Source: Atribacterota bacterium (GTDB taxonomy: Bacteria > Atribacterota > Phoenicimicrobiia > Phoenicimicrobiales > Stramentimicrobiaceae). Taken from it: 64,000 nucleotides of DNA. Shown here in pieces: positions 49,605-58,501 of the stretch. The stretch is taken from positions 96,001 through 160,000 of the forward strand of contig JAXGNR010000005.1 in assembly GCA_040767965.1 (NCBI GenBank), read 5' to 3'. The notes below the pieces were generated by a model. It was not told where the DNA came from, searched no databases, and saw nothing but the letters and a program-made list of their open reading frames with translations. The translations under genes and the position numbers were made by a program. Position 1 is the stretch's first letter, and each line of letters starts with the position of its first letter.

Positions 49605-49907
49605 ATGGATAATTTCCCTAAATGGAGAAATGAAATGACCGATCAGCTTTTTAAAGCAATAATGTTGTTGGAAAATATCGGTGAATGTTACAGGTTTTTT
49701 GAAGATGTAGCTACCATAAATGAAATAAAAGAACTTAGTCAACGATTGGAAGTAGCCAGAATGCTCGATGAAGGTTTTATTTATGAAGATATTGTACAAA
49801 AAACCGGAGCTAGTTCAGCCACTATTAGCAGAGTGAAGAAATGCTTAAATTATGGCGCTGATGGCTATCAGCTAATTTTGAAAAAATTTAAAGAACAAAA
49901 AAAATAA
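49605..49907 (+). CDS. TrpR-related repressor (YerC/YecD, HisR-type)
   Basis: ECYRFFEDVAT..E...LSQRLEVA and TGASSATISRVKKCLNYG motifs. Confidence 0.92.
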   Translation: MDNFPKWRNEMTDQLFKAIMLLENIGECYRFFEDVATINEIKELSQRLEVARMLDEGFIYEDIVQKTGASSATISRVKKCLNYGADGYQLILKKFKEQKK

Positions 49908-49922
49908 AAAATGGAGGAATGG

Positions 49923-50696
49923 ATGTATAAAAATAAAAAAATTGTAGCAGTACTTTTTAGTTTGTTATTTTTCTTTGCAAGCCTGGGCTTTTCTGCAGTA
50001 TGTGCTGATAAGGCTATTTATGTTAATGGGATAGATGCCGATTATCCTCCACATGCTTATGTAGATGAACAGGGAAACCCGGCTGGTTTCGATGTTGAAG
50101 CTTTGGATTGGATTGCTGAAGAAATGGGCTTTGAAGTTATTCATCAGCCAACGGCCTGGGATGGCATTGTGTCAAGTCTGTTAGCCAAGAAAATTGATAT
50201 GGTCTTCTCTGGAATGAGTATCACAGAAGAAAGAAAAGAAAGAGTTAATTTTTCGATTCCATACTGGTCAATCGATCAGGCTATTGCTGTGAATATGGAT
50301 TCTGACTTAAATGCCATAGAACTGTTTATGGGCGATTATTTGGTAGGCACTCAACGTGGTTGTACAGCTGCTATGTGGATTGAAGATAATCTGATAAGTG
50401 ACGGATTGTTTTCGAAAGATCAACTAAAGTTATATGAAGGTTTTTCTTTGGCTGTACAAGATCTTTTAAACCAAAGAGTAGATGCTGCAATGATGGATGA
50501 TGTTATGGTAGAGGATGCTATCCGTAAAGGGATGCCAATTAAAATAGTCGGGACTATTAAAACTGGTGAAGAATATGGTATTGCTGTTAGAAAAGATGAC
50601 AAGGAATTATTAGACTTAATCAATGAAGGTCTTAACCGGATAATGCATTCAACTAAATGGGATGAATTAAAAGCAAAATATTTTCAAGCCCAATAA
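49923..50696 (+). CDS. Polar amino acid ABC transporter substrate-binding protein
   Basis: Signal peptide; YPP, GFDV, WDGIV, SGMSITEER and YGIAVRK motifs. Confidence 0.9.
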   Translation: MYKNKKIVAVLFSLLFFFASLGFSAVCADKAIYVNGIDADYPPHAYVDEQGNPAGFDVEALDWIAEEMGFEVIHQPTAWDGIVSSLLAKKIDMVFSGMSITEERKERVNFSIPYWSIDQAIAVNMDSDLNAIELFMGDYLVGTQRGCTAAMWIEDNLISDGLFSKDQLKLYEGFSLAVQDLLNQRVDAAMMDDVMVEDAIRKGMPIKIVGTIKTGEEYGIAVRKDDKELLDLINEGLNRIMHSTKWDELKAKYFQAQ

Positions 50697-50778
50697 AATA
50701 AAGTTAATAATTCAATAAAAATAGTGTGAATTAAGTAATTTAAATAAAAATAATAATCATGTATAACTAAATGAAAAA

Positions 50779-50818
50779 AAGATGGGGATATAGACCTATA
50801 AGTTTATATCCCCATCTT
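50779..50818 (+). terminator. Stem-loop between the SBP and permease genes
   Basis: AAGATGGGGATATAGAC-CTATAA-GTTTATATCCCCATCTT. Confidence 0.65.
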
Positions 50819-50919
50819 AATGAAAATATGATCATTGTAAAAATTAGCGCAGTATGAATAAATCATTATTAAATTATGGGATTGTTTGATTTATATTAAT
50901 ATTATGAAAAAGGTTAAAG

Positions 50920-51585
50920 ATGGAGAATTTTATAGTAATATATCAGGCTTTACCGTTTTTACTACAAGGCATTTTAACCACTTTGGGGCTGGTTTTAAGT
51001 TCCCTTTTTTTAGGTCTTGTAATAGGCCTGCCTTTATCGGTTGGTGAGGTATACGGGCCATGGTATCTAAAAAAATTAATTGGAATTTATATTTGGCTTT
51101 TCAGAGGATTGCCAATTTTGGTTCTTTTATTCTTATTTTATTATGGTTTGTTTAATCTGATAAACTTAAATTTATCTGCTTTTATTTCAGCTGTGCTGGT
51201 TCTGGGTTTACGAAGTTCGGCTTATCAGGCACAAATATTCAGAGGTAGCATTCAATCTTTAAGCCAGGGACAATTGCTGGCAGCACAATCTCTTGGTATG
51301 AGTAAAAATATGGCAATTTGGAGTATTATTCTGCCACAATCATTGAGGATGTCAATCCCTGGCTGGTCAAATGAATATCCTGCTATGCTGACCGAATCTG
51401 CTGTTACCTATTCAATTGGAGTGATGGAAGTATTAACAAGAGGGAACTTTATTGCATCAAGAACTTATAGGCCTATGCCAATCTACCTAACATGTGCCTT
51501 AATATTTTTATTTTTATCATACTCAGGCATGAAATTACTTCACATTTTAGAGGAAAAAGTAAGAATACCTGGATTTGAAGAGTGA
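50920..51585 (+). CDS. Polar amino acid ABC permease
   Basis: FRGLPILV motif and EAA-like loop GQLLAAQSLGM. Confidence 0.9.
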   Translation: MENFIVIYQALPFLLQGILTTLGLVLSSLFLGLVIGLPLSVGEVYGPWYLKKLIGIYIWLFRGLPILVLLFLFYYGLFNLINLNLSAFISAVLVLGLRSSAYQAQIFRGSIQSLSQGQLLAAQSLGMSKNMAIWSIILPQSLRMSIPGWSNEYPAMLTESAVTYSIGVMEVLTRGNFIASRTYRPMPIYLTCALIFLFLSYSGMKLLHILEEKVRIPGFEE

Positions 51586-52378
51586 AAGGTTTACCGGAAT
51601 GACAGTAAAAAAAGAAATAGTATTAAGAGTAAGAGATATACACAAAGCATTTAACGGGAAAGAAGTATTAAGAGGTGTTTCTTTTGATGTATTTAAAGGG
51701 GAAACGAAAGTAGTAATTGGCCCTTCCGGGACTGGTAAGAGCACTCTTTTGAGATGTATTAACCAGTTGACAATTCCTGATCAGGGAACTGTTTGGCTAA
51801 GAGATCAAGAAGTAACACATCATAATTTGAAAGGAATAAATCAATTCCGTCAAAAGATTGGCATGGTCTTTCAAGATTTTAATTTATTTGACCACCTCAA
51901 TGCTGTTGGAAATGTTGAAATTGCTTTAATCAAAGTCAAAAAAATGAATAGGGCAAAAGCAAGAGAAAAGGCTGTATTAGAATTAAAAAAAGTTGGATTA
52001 GGGAAGCAAGCTTTACTTTATCCTGCTCAATTATCTGGTGGTCAACAACAGCGAGTATCCATAGCCAGGGCATTAGCAATGGATCCCGAAGTTATGCTTT
52101 TTGATGAGCCAACATCAGCTCTCGATCCCGAACTTATTGGAGAAGTATTAGGTGTAATGCAAAAATTAGCAAAAGAAGGAATGACTATGATTGTAGTCAC
52201 CCATGAAATGGGATTTGCGCGTTCAGTAGCTGATGACATAATATTTTTAGAAAAAGGAAAACTACTGGAAAGCGGCTCTCCTGATAAATTATTTTATCAA
52301 CCAAAGTACGAAAGAACAAGAAAGTTTTTATTTAAATTGACAGAGTTGTATGGAGATATTAACAAGGAAAAAATATGA
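51575..52378 (+). CDS. Polar amino acid ABC ATPase
   Basis: GPSGTGKST, LSGGQQQRV, FDEPTSALDPE and VTHEMGFAR motifs. Confidence 0.93.
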   Translation: MKSERFTGMTVKKEIVLRVRDIHKAFNGKEVLRGVSFDVFKGETKVVIGPSGTGKSTLLRCINQLTIPDQGTVWLRDQEVTHHNLKGINQFRQKIGMVFQDFNLFDHLNAVGNVEIALIKVKKMNRAKAREKAVLELKKVGLGKQALLYPAQLSGGQQQRVSIARALAMDPEVMLFDEPTSALDPELIGEVLGVMQKLAKEGMTMIVVTHEMGFARSVADDIIFLEKGKLLESGSPDKLFYQPKYERTRKFLFKLTELYGDINKEKI

Positions 52379-53055
52379 TTGGATTAGAATTTTTTTCAAA
52401 TATCTTATTTCCTTCCGTTTTAGAAGGAATGTCAATGACTTTAAAGTTAATCGCCTGGTCAATTCCAATCGGGTTGATTGTAGGGATTTTAGTTGCTATT
52501 GGTAGAGTCTACGGAAATGCGATAATATCATTTTTTAGTAAAGCTTATATTATCTTTTTCAGAGGAACCCCTTTGCTAATTCAACTGTTTATGCTTTACT
52601 ATGCTTTTCCTTCAATAGGGATCTACTTATCACCATTTGTTGCTTCCATTATTGGTTTTGTGCTGTGTAGCAGTTCGTATCATGCTGAATACATACGGGG
52701 TTCTATTCAATCAGTAAAAAGCGGTCAACTTTTAGCAGCGCAAGCATTAGGTATGAGTAAAATAAGTGCTGTCATCAACATAATACTGCCCCAGGCTTTA
52801 CGAAGGGCTATTCCCGGATGTTCAAATGAGGTTATATATTTAATAAAATATTCATCTTTGGCTTTTATGGTTACCTGCATTGAATTAACAGGCGCCGGTA
52901 AAATTGTTGCTTCAAGGTATTTTACATATACTGAAGTCTTTTTGGTAATTGGTGCAATTTATTTGATAATTGTCTCCATAGCTACCAGGATACTTAATAT
53001 TCTAGAAGAAAAATTAGCATATCCTGGTTGGGAAAAAGGAGGAAAAGACAGATAA
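52375..53055 (+). CDS. Polar amino acid ABC permease
   Basis: FRGTPLLIQL and GQLLAAQALGM motifs. Confidence 0.9.
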   Translation: MIGLEFFSNILFPSVLEGMSMTLKLIAWSIPIGLIVGILVAIGRVYGNAIISFFSKAYIIFFRGTPLLIQLFMLYYAFPSIGIYLSPFVASIIGFVLCSSSYHAEYIRGSIQSVKSGQLLAAQALGMSKISAVINIILPQALRRAIPGCSNEVIYLIKYSSLAFMVTCIELTGAGKIVASRYFTYTEVFLVIGAIYLIIVSIATRILNILEEKLAYPGWEKGGKDR

Positions 53056-53056
53056 C

Positions 53057-54055
53057 ATGATCAAACCTCTCTGTTTAGATCATTCCAGCTTGAAACATCC
53101 TCTACCTCCAAAATTAATAGAGGAACTCCAGCCGGAATTACAAAAGATAAATGAATATCCAAGCGGAGGATCATATGATGATCTTTGTAAAAAAACAGCA
53201 GAATATTTTGCTGTATCAACAGAAAATATACTGCCTACAAATGGGTCAGATGAAGCTATTGAGGCTACTACCAGAGCATTTGGAAATAAGCTGATATTAA
53301 TACCTGCACCAACTTTTTCGCAATATGAAGTAAGTGCTTCTAGAAACAATATGCACTTTAAATTAAGTCCTTGTTTATCAGATGATAACTATCAGTTAAA
53401 ATTTATTAATGACAATCTGGAGGATGCAAGTCTGGTCTGGATTTGCAATCCCAATAATCCTACAGGAAATTCTATCCCAAGGGAAAAAATAATTGAAACA
53501 ATTGAAAAGACTAGTGGAATAGTCACTGTTGATGAATGTAATTATGAATACTTGAAAGAAACTGTAATAGATTTGGTAAAAAAATACCCTAATCTGGTAG
53601 TAATTCGCAGTTTTTCAAAAAACTTTGGTCTTGCTGGCTTGAGAATAGGTTTTGTCATTTCATCCAGTAAAAACATTAAGAATATCAAGAGATATTGCCA
53701 ATACTTTCGAGTGAATAAAATTGCTGAAAAGGCAGCCATTAAGGTTTTGCATTATTTGGATGAATATCAGGAGATATGGAATGATATTGCTGTTACACGG
53801 GATACATTTGTAGATAATTTGCAACATCTTAAGATAAAAGCTTTTCCATCTAAAACCAATTTTGTACTGATAGATTTGCATACCAAAAAGGAAACCAGAC
53901 GAATATGGGAATATCTAAGAAGCAAAAAAGTGTATGTTTTAGCATCCTGGGAAGATGAGTTTTCTGGATTAGGGGATCATTATATTCGTTTTGCAATTGG
54001 TAGCTCACAAGAAATGAATTATGTTTTTACATTATTAAAAAATTTTAAAAAATAA
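53057..54055 (+). CDS. PLP-dependent aminotransferase, HisC (class I-beta) family
   Basis: NGSDE, PTFSQY, CNPNNPTG and RSFSKNFGLAGLRIG motifs. Confidence 0.85.
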   Translation: MIKPLCLDHSSLKHPLPPKLIEELQPELQKINEYPSGGSYDDLCKKTAEYFAVSTENILPTNGSDEAIEATTRAFGNKLILIPAPTFSQYEVSASRNNMHFKLSPCLSDDNYQLKFINDNLEDASLVWICNPNNPTGNSIPREKIIETIEKTSGIVTVDECNYEYLKETVIDLVKKYPNLVVIRSFSKNFGLAGLRIGFVISSSKNIKNIKRYCQYFRVNKIAEKAAIKVLHYLDEYQEIWNDIAVTRDTFVDNLQHLKIKAFPSKTNFVLIDLHTKKETRRIWEYLRSKKVYVLASWEDEFSGLGDHYIRFAIGSSQEMNYVFTLLKNFKK

Positions 54056-54329
54056 ATATCAATTCTGCATTTTATTCCAGATATTATTCATATTATTTTA
54101 TTATATCAAAATATAGTGCTGAATCATGTATTACAATAGGTAAATGGATTCAAAATACTAAGCATGATTCATTTATAGAAAACATTCTACGTTAAGAAAC
54201 TGTTGAACACATAAAAAAGATTCTACGGGAATATGAAATCTGTCAAATAATTTACGAAAGTCAGTGATAAAGATATATCAGATAAATATCCTAATACAAC
54301 TAAACCAAATCTATAGACATATCGATAGA

Positions 54330-54358
54330 TTGACAATATCATAAAAAGACAATAAAAT
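54330..54358 (+). promoter_or_regulatory. Sigma70 promoter for the small HTH gene
   Basis: TTGACA-N17-TAAAAT. Confidence 0.7.
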
Positions 54359-54398
54359 ATGTTTAGGTATCATTATATATGTACCAAGGAGGCAGAAT

Positions 54399-54584
54399 AT
54401 GGAAGAGTATCTTACAGCAAAACAGGTGGCTGACTATTTACAGGTGAAACCACTAACAATTTATCAATGGGCAAGAGAAGAAAAAATCCCTGCCATTAAA
54501 ATTGGAAGGATCTGGCGTTTTAAAAAAGATGTTATAGATAATTTTCTAGAAGAACAATTACGTAATAAGGATTTCAAAAAATAA
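54399..54584 (+). CDS. Excisionase-family (HTH_17, BldC-like) DNA-binding protein
   Basis: YLTAKQVADYL..TIYQWA...IPAIKIGRIWRF pattern; SD AAGGAGG. Confidence 0.88.
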   Translation: MEEYLTAKQVADYLQVKPLTIYQWAREEKIPAIKIGRIWRFKKDVIDNFLEEQLRNKDFKK

Positions 54585-54788
54585 TTGAATATTTATAAAA
54601 ATAGCTAGATTAAATATAGATATTTTTAAAAGAATGTTTTTTTATTTTTAGAAATGTGCTATTATTGTTTGAAATAATATATAAACTAGAAACTAGACAA
54701 AACTAGCTATCCTCACATTAATCTTGCCTGGAATCTCTCCAGGAACCCGGGCAAGATAATAATAAAATATTTTATAAAATAAATAAAG

Positions 54789-56735
54789 GTGTATGCAAGA
54801 ATGAATTATGTCAAAAACAATAAATTTAATCACACCCACACTAAAAGCATCAACATAAAAAAAATATTTTTAATTATTCCCATGCTTTTTTTAATAATTT
54901 CTATAAACATTTCAGCACAGCAATATATTGATTACCAGATAAGAGAAGGCGATTGTCTCTGGACTATTGCACGCGAATATCAGCTTTCTATTCAGGAAGT
55001 AGCAAAAGTGAATGATATCAAAGAAGAAGAAATATTATCTCCTGGCCAACTTATAAAAATACCATTAACTCAAACTAGTCAGCAGGATCAAAATTCTAAA
55101 ATAATTATACATACTGTAAAAAAAGGAGAAAGCCTTTGGGATATTGCACAACAATATCGGTTATCACTGGATTGTATTTCTTCGGTGAATGATTTAAAAC
55201 AGCCTGATTCACTTTATATTGGACAGGAAATAAATATTCCCATGGAAGATGACAATATTGAAATAGTTAAAGAACTATCTTTTGTAAAAGCAGATTCTGA
55301 GGAAAATAATTCAAAATACCAGGGAATGAGCTCAAGCCTAAATCAAGAGTTTCAGGAATCGTTAAAAGAAGCAAATTATACAGTAAAAGCTGGAGAAAGC
55401 CTATGGACCATCGCACAGGATTATAAAGTTTCAATAAATGAAATATCCAGAGTAAATGGTATTGAAAACGAAGATAAATTGTCAATTGGTCAAATAATAA
55501 AAATACCACTTTCCGGGAAAGGGAAGGATGAAGATAATTCTTTTGCCTCTGAACAAACTGAGATAAATACAGATGAATTCCAGTATGAATGGGTTGAACA
55601 TATCGTTGAAACAGGCGAAAGTATATCCCTTATCGCACAAAAATACCATGTATCAATAGCAACAATATGTCAATTGAATGACATAACTGAAAAAGATTAT
55701 GTTTATCCAGGACAAAGAATAAAAATTAAGGCCACTCCTTCAGGTGACAACAAAAATAAGATCATTGATGATTACCAGCCAATTTATTATACAGTAAAAG
55801 CTGGAGATACATTATGGACTATTGCCCAGGAGTATAGTGTGACATTAGAGGGAATACTTGCAGTTAATTATTTAAATGATAAAGATGTTTTATCTGTCGG
55901 TCAAAAATTAGAAATCCCTGCAATAGGAGGGGTTAATAGTAAAAAAATGATTCAGACTGTAGAATATTCTGTTGTAAAGGGGGATTCCCTTTGGAATATA
56001 GCAGAAAAATTTAATGTAAAAATGACCGATATTATTAATGCTAACCAGTTACAGAATGTAACTCAGTTATCAGTGGGACAAAAGTTAAATATCCCTTCTA
56101 CTCCATCTGCTATAGCAGCTGTACAGGCAAGAACCACAACTACTACTTCAGCTTCAGAAGTTACAGAGAAAACTGGGGAAAAACCGCAAGACCTAACACA
56201 CTATGTTCAAAAAGGAGAAACCCTCTGGGGTATTTCCAGAAAATACCAGGTCAATATTCAGAATATTACCAGTGCTAACAATATTACTGAAACCAGCAGA
56301 TTAACTGTTGGTCAAAAACTTATTATTCCCAATGTAAGGTATTCTTCAATATCCCCAAGATCATTTGTCTGGCCAGTGAACGGATTAATTACTTCTCAGT
56401 TTGGTATGAGGACGCTTGGAGGAAGAAGAGACTATCATACTGGTATTGATATAGATGGGAATACTAGTACTTCAATTAGAGCTGCTGAGAGCGGTAAAGT
56501 GAGTTTCAGCGGATATATAAATGGATATGGTAATATAATAATCATAGATCATGCTGGTGGTTATTCAACTGTTTACGCTCACAATTCTAGCAATCTAGTA
56601 AAAGAAGGACAGAACATCAATAAAGGAGACCTGATTGGGAAGGTTGGAGCCACAGGCAATGCCACAGGATCTCATTTACATTTTGAGATCAGGGAAAACG
56701 GGAAGCCAATAAATCCTTTAAGTTATCTACCTTGA
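54789..56735 (+). CDS. Seven-LysM M23 peptidoglycan endopeptidase
   Basis: Seven LysM repeats of the V..G(D/E)(S/T)LW.IA type; HTGIDI and HLHFE Zn motifs; N-terminal signal or TM segment. Confidence 0.92.
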   Translation: MYARMNYVKNNKFNHTHTKSINIKKIFLIIPMLFLIISINISAQQYIDYQIREGDCLWTIAREYQLSIQEVAKVNDIKEEEILSPGQLIKIPLTQTSQQDQNSKIIIHTVKKGESLWDIAQQYRLSLDCISSVNDLKQPDSLYIGQEINIPMEDDNIEIVKELSFVKADSEENNSKYQGMSSSLNQEFQESLKEANYTVKAGESLWTIAQDYKVSINEISRVNGIENEDKLSIGQIIKIPLSGKGKDEDNSFASEQTEINTDEFQYEWVEHIVETGESISLIAQKYHVSIATICQLNDITEKDYVYPGQRIKIKATPSGDNKNKIIDDYQPIYYTVKAGDTLWTIAQEYSVTLEGILAVNYLNDKDVLSVGQKLEIPAIGGVNSKKMIQTVEYSVVKGDSLWNIAEKFNVKMTDIINANQLQNVTQLSVGQKLNIPSTPSAIAAVQARTTTTTSASEVTEKTGEKPQDLTHYVQKGETLWGISRKYQVNIQNITSANNITETSRLTVGQKLIIPNVRYSSISPRSFVWPVNGLITSQFGMRTLGGRRDYHTGIDIDGNTSTSIRAAESGKVSFSGYINGYGNIIIIDHAGGYSTVYAHNSSNLVKEGQNINKGDLIGKVGATGNATGSHLHFEIRENGKPINPLSYLP

Positions 56736-56891
56736 TTTTTGCTTAAAATCACCCTATTAATAATTTTGTTCTCTAAATCCCTATTTTATTATTTTTATAA
56801 ATCATCAATGTTTGACTATACAATTTGAATGGTGTATTATTAATTAGGAATTTATTAAAATTAGGCTAATTTATTATGATTAAAACTGGAG

Positions 56892-57398
56892 GTGAAAACG
56901 GATTATTACCCGCTATCAATGTTTAAAAAAGGAGATAAAGTTTCTCATCCTATTTTTGGGGTTGGAAACATCTTAAAAATAGAAGAGAAAAATGTTTTAG
57001 AAAAAAGCGAGAAATATTATATTCTTGATCTGTCAATTAATCATATGACTTTGATGATTCCTGTCAGAAAAGCAAAAGAAATTGGCTTACGGAAAATAAT
57101 AAGCAAAGAGAAAATTCCTGAAGTGTTGGAAGTGTTGTCTTCTGATATGGATGAAATGGATCAGGATTACAAAACCAGGATAAAATCGCAAATGGAAATG
57201 GTTGATAGTGGTAATTTAAAAAAAGTGGCTCAAGTAGTCAAAAACTACAATAGAAGAAAAAAAACAGATGTTTTATCTGCAACTGAAAAAAGTTTACTGG
57301 AAAGAGCAAAGAAAATACTTATTAGTGAAATTAAAGCATCTTATGATATAGACGAAAATTCCACTAAAATAATAATTAAGGATTATTTGAAAAAATAG
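56892..57398 (+). CDS. carD: CarD/TRCF-family RNA polymerase-binding regulator
   Basis: FKKGDKVSHP.FGVG, LMIPV, IGLR and LS..EK.LLERAKKIL..E motifs. Confidence 0.88.
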   Translation: MKTDYYPLSMFKKGDKVSHPIFGVGNILKIEEKNVLEKSEKYYILDLSINHMTLMIPVRKAKEIGLRKIISKEKIPEVLEVLSSDMDEMDQDYKTRIKSQMEMVDSGNLKKVAQVVKNYNRRKKTDVLSATEKSLLERAKKILISEIKASYDIDENSTKIIIKDYLKK

Positions 57399-57445
57399 AA
57401 AAAACAAAACAATTTATACGATTAACTTTGAAATATTATTTTTAT

Positions 57446-57480
57446 AAATCTGCAAGAAAAAGAATTGCAGATTTTTTATT
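57446..57480 (+). terminator. Terminator after carD
   Basis: AAATCTGCAA-N9-TTGCAGATTT followed by a T tract. Confidence 0.7.
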
Positions 57481-57556
57481 TAAAAAAGAATGGTTTCCAT
57501 TATTTTAAATAAATGATATATTTGTAAATAAAACTCTATGGGAAGGTAGTTAACAA

Positions 57557-58438
57557 ATGAACAGTAAAAATAACAATATAATTGACGGGAGGGCTATCGC
57601 TAACGATATTGCAGGAGAACTTAAAATAGAGGCAGAAAAATTTTACCAGCTTAAAAGAATAAAACCAAAACTTTCTGTAATTATATTGGGAGAAGATCCA
57701 GCATCTGTTTTTTACGTTAAAATGATAGAAAAAAGTTGTCAAAAAGTTGGCTTTCAATTTGAGAAAAACAATTTAAAAGAAAATACCGCACAGGAAGATC
57801 TTTTAAAATTAATAAACCTTTTGAATGATAATAAAGATATTCATGGTGTTATTGTTCAGACACCCCTTCCAAAAAATATCAACCAAAAGGTTATCCAGGA
57901 GTCATTGAATCCTGATAAGGATGTAGACTGTTTTAATCCTATCAATATGGGTAAGCTGGCTTTAGGAAATCCCGATTTCCTGCCATGTACTCCCTATGCT
58001 GTTTTTGAAATATTAAAAAGAGAGAAAATAGACTTGGAAGGGAAACATGTGGTGATCATAGGAAGAAGCAGTATCGTAGGAAAACCATTAGCACTGATAT
58101 TATTATTAAAAGACCCAAATGCTAATGCTACTGTTACTGTGTGTCACTCTAAAACACCTGATATTTCATTTTTCACTAAAAAAGCAGATATTGTGATAGC
58201 CGCTGCAGGTAAAGCAGGCTTGATCAGGGCGGGAATGCTAAATAACGGTACAATTATTATTGATGTTGGGACAAATGAAGTTAACGGGAAACTGGTTGGT
58301 GATGTCGAATTTGAAGAAGTAGCACATATTTCTAAAAAGATAACACCAGTACCAGGTGGAGTAGGACCAGTTACAAACATGATGCTTATGGGGAATCTTT
58401 TAAAAGCAGCCAAGATTCAGCAAAAAATATTGTATTAA
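57557..58438 (+). CDS. folD: Methylenetetrahydrofolate dehydrogenase/cyclohydrolase
   Basis: IDGR, AS..YV, KDVD, PCTP, GRS.IVGKP and TPVPGGVGPVT motifs. Confidence 0.96.
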   Translation: MNSKNNNIIDGRAIANDIAGELKIEAEKFYQLKRIKPKLSVIILGEDPASVFYVKMIEKSCQKVGFQFEKNNLKENTAQEDLLKLINLLNDNKDIHGVIVQTPLPKNINQKVIQESLNPDKDVDCFNPINMGKLALGNPDFLPCTPYAVFEILKREKIDLEGKHVVIIGRSSIVGKPLALILLLKDPNANATVTVCHSKTPDISFFTKKADIVIAAAGKAGLIRAGMLNNGTIIIDVGTNEVNGKLVGDVEFEEVAHISKKITPVPGGVGPVTNMMLMGNLLKAAKIQQKILY

Positions 58439-58501
58439 TACTTATTAAATGCAAATATAAAATGTTTGTGACTGAAAATATAGTATTATTTTTATTAAAT
58501 G

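Noticed and set aside
54117-54172. GCTGAATC... inverted repeat resembling the start of a c-di-AMP (ydaO) riboswitch
   Set aside because: Lacks the G-rich GGGGA/GGGGUGAA and downstream conserved elements; only a 9-bp inverted repeat
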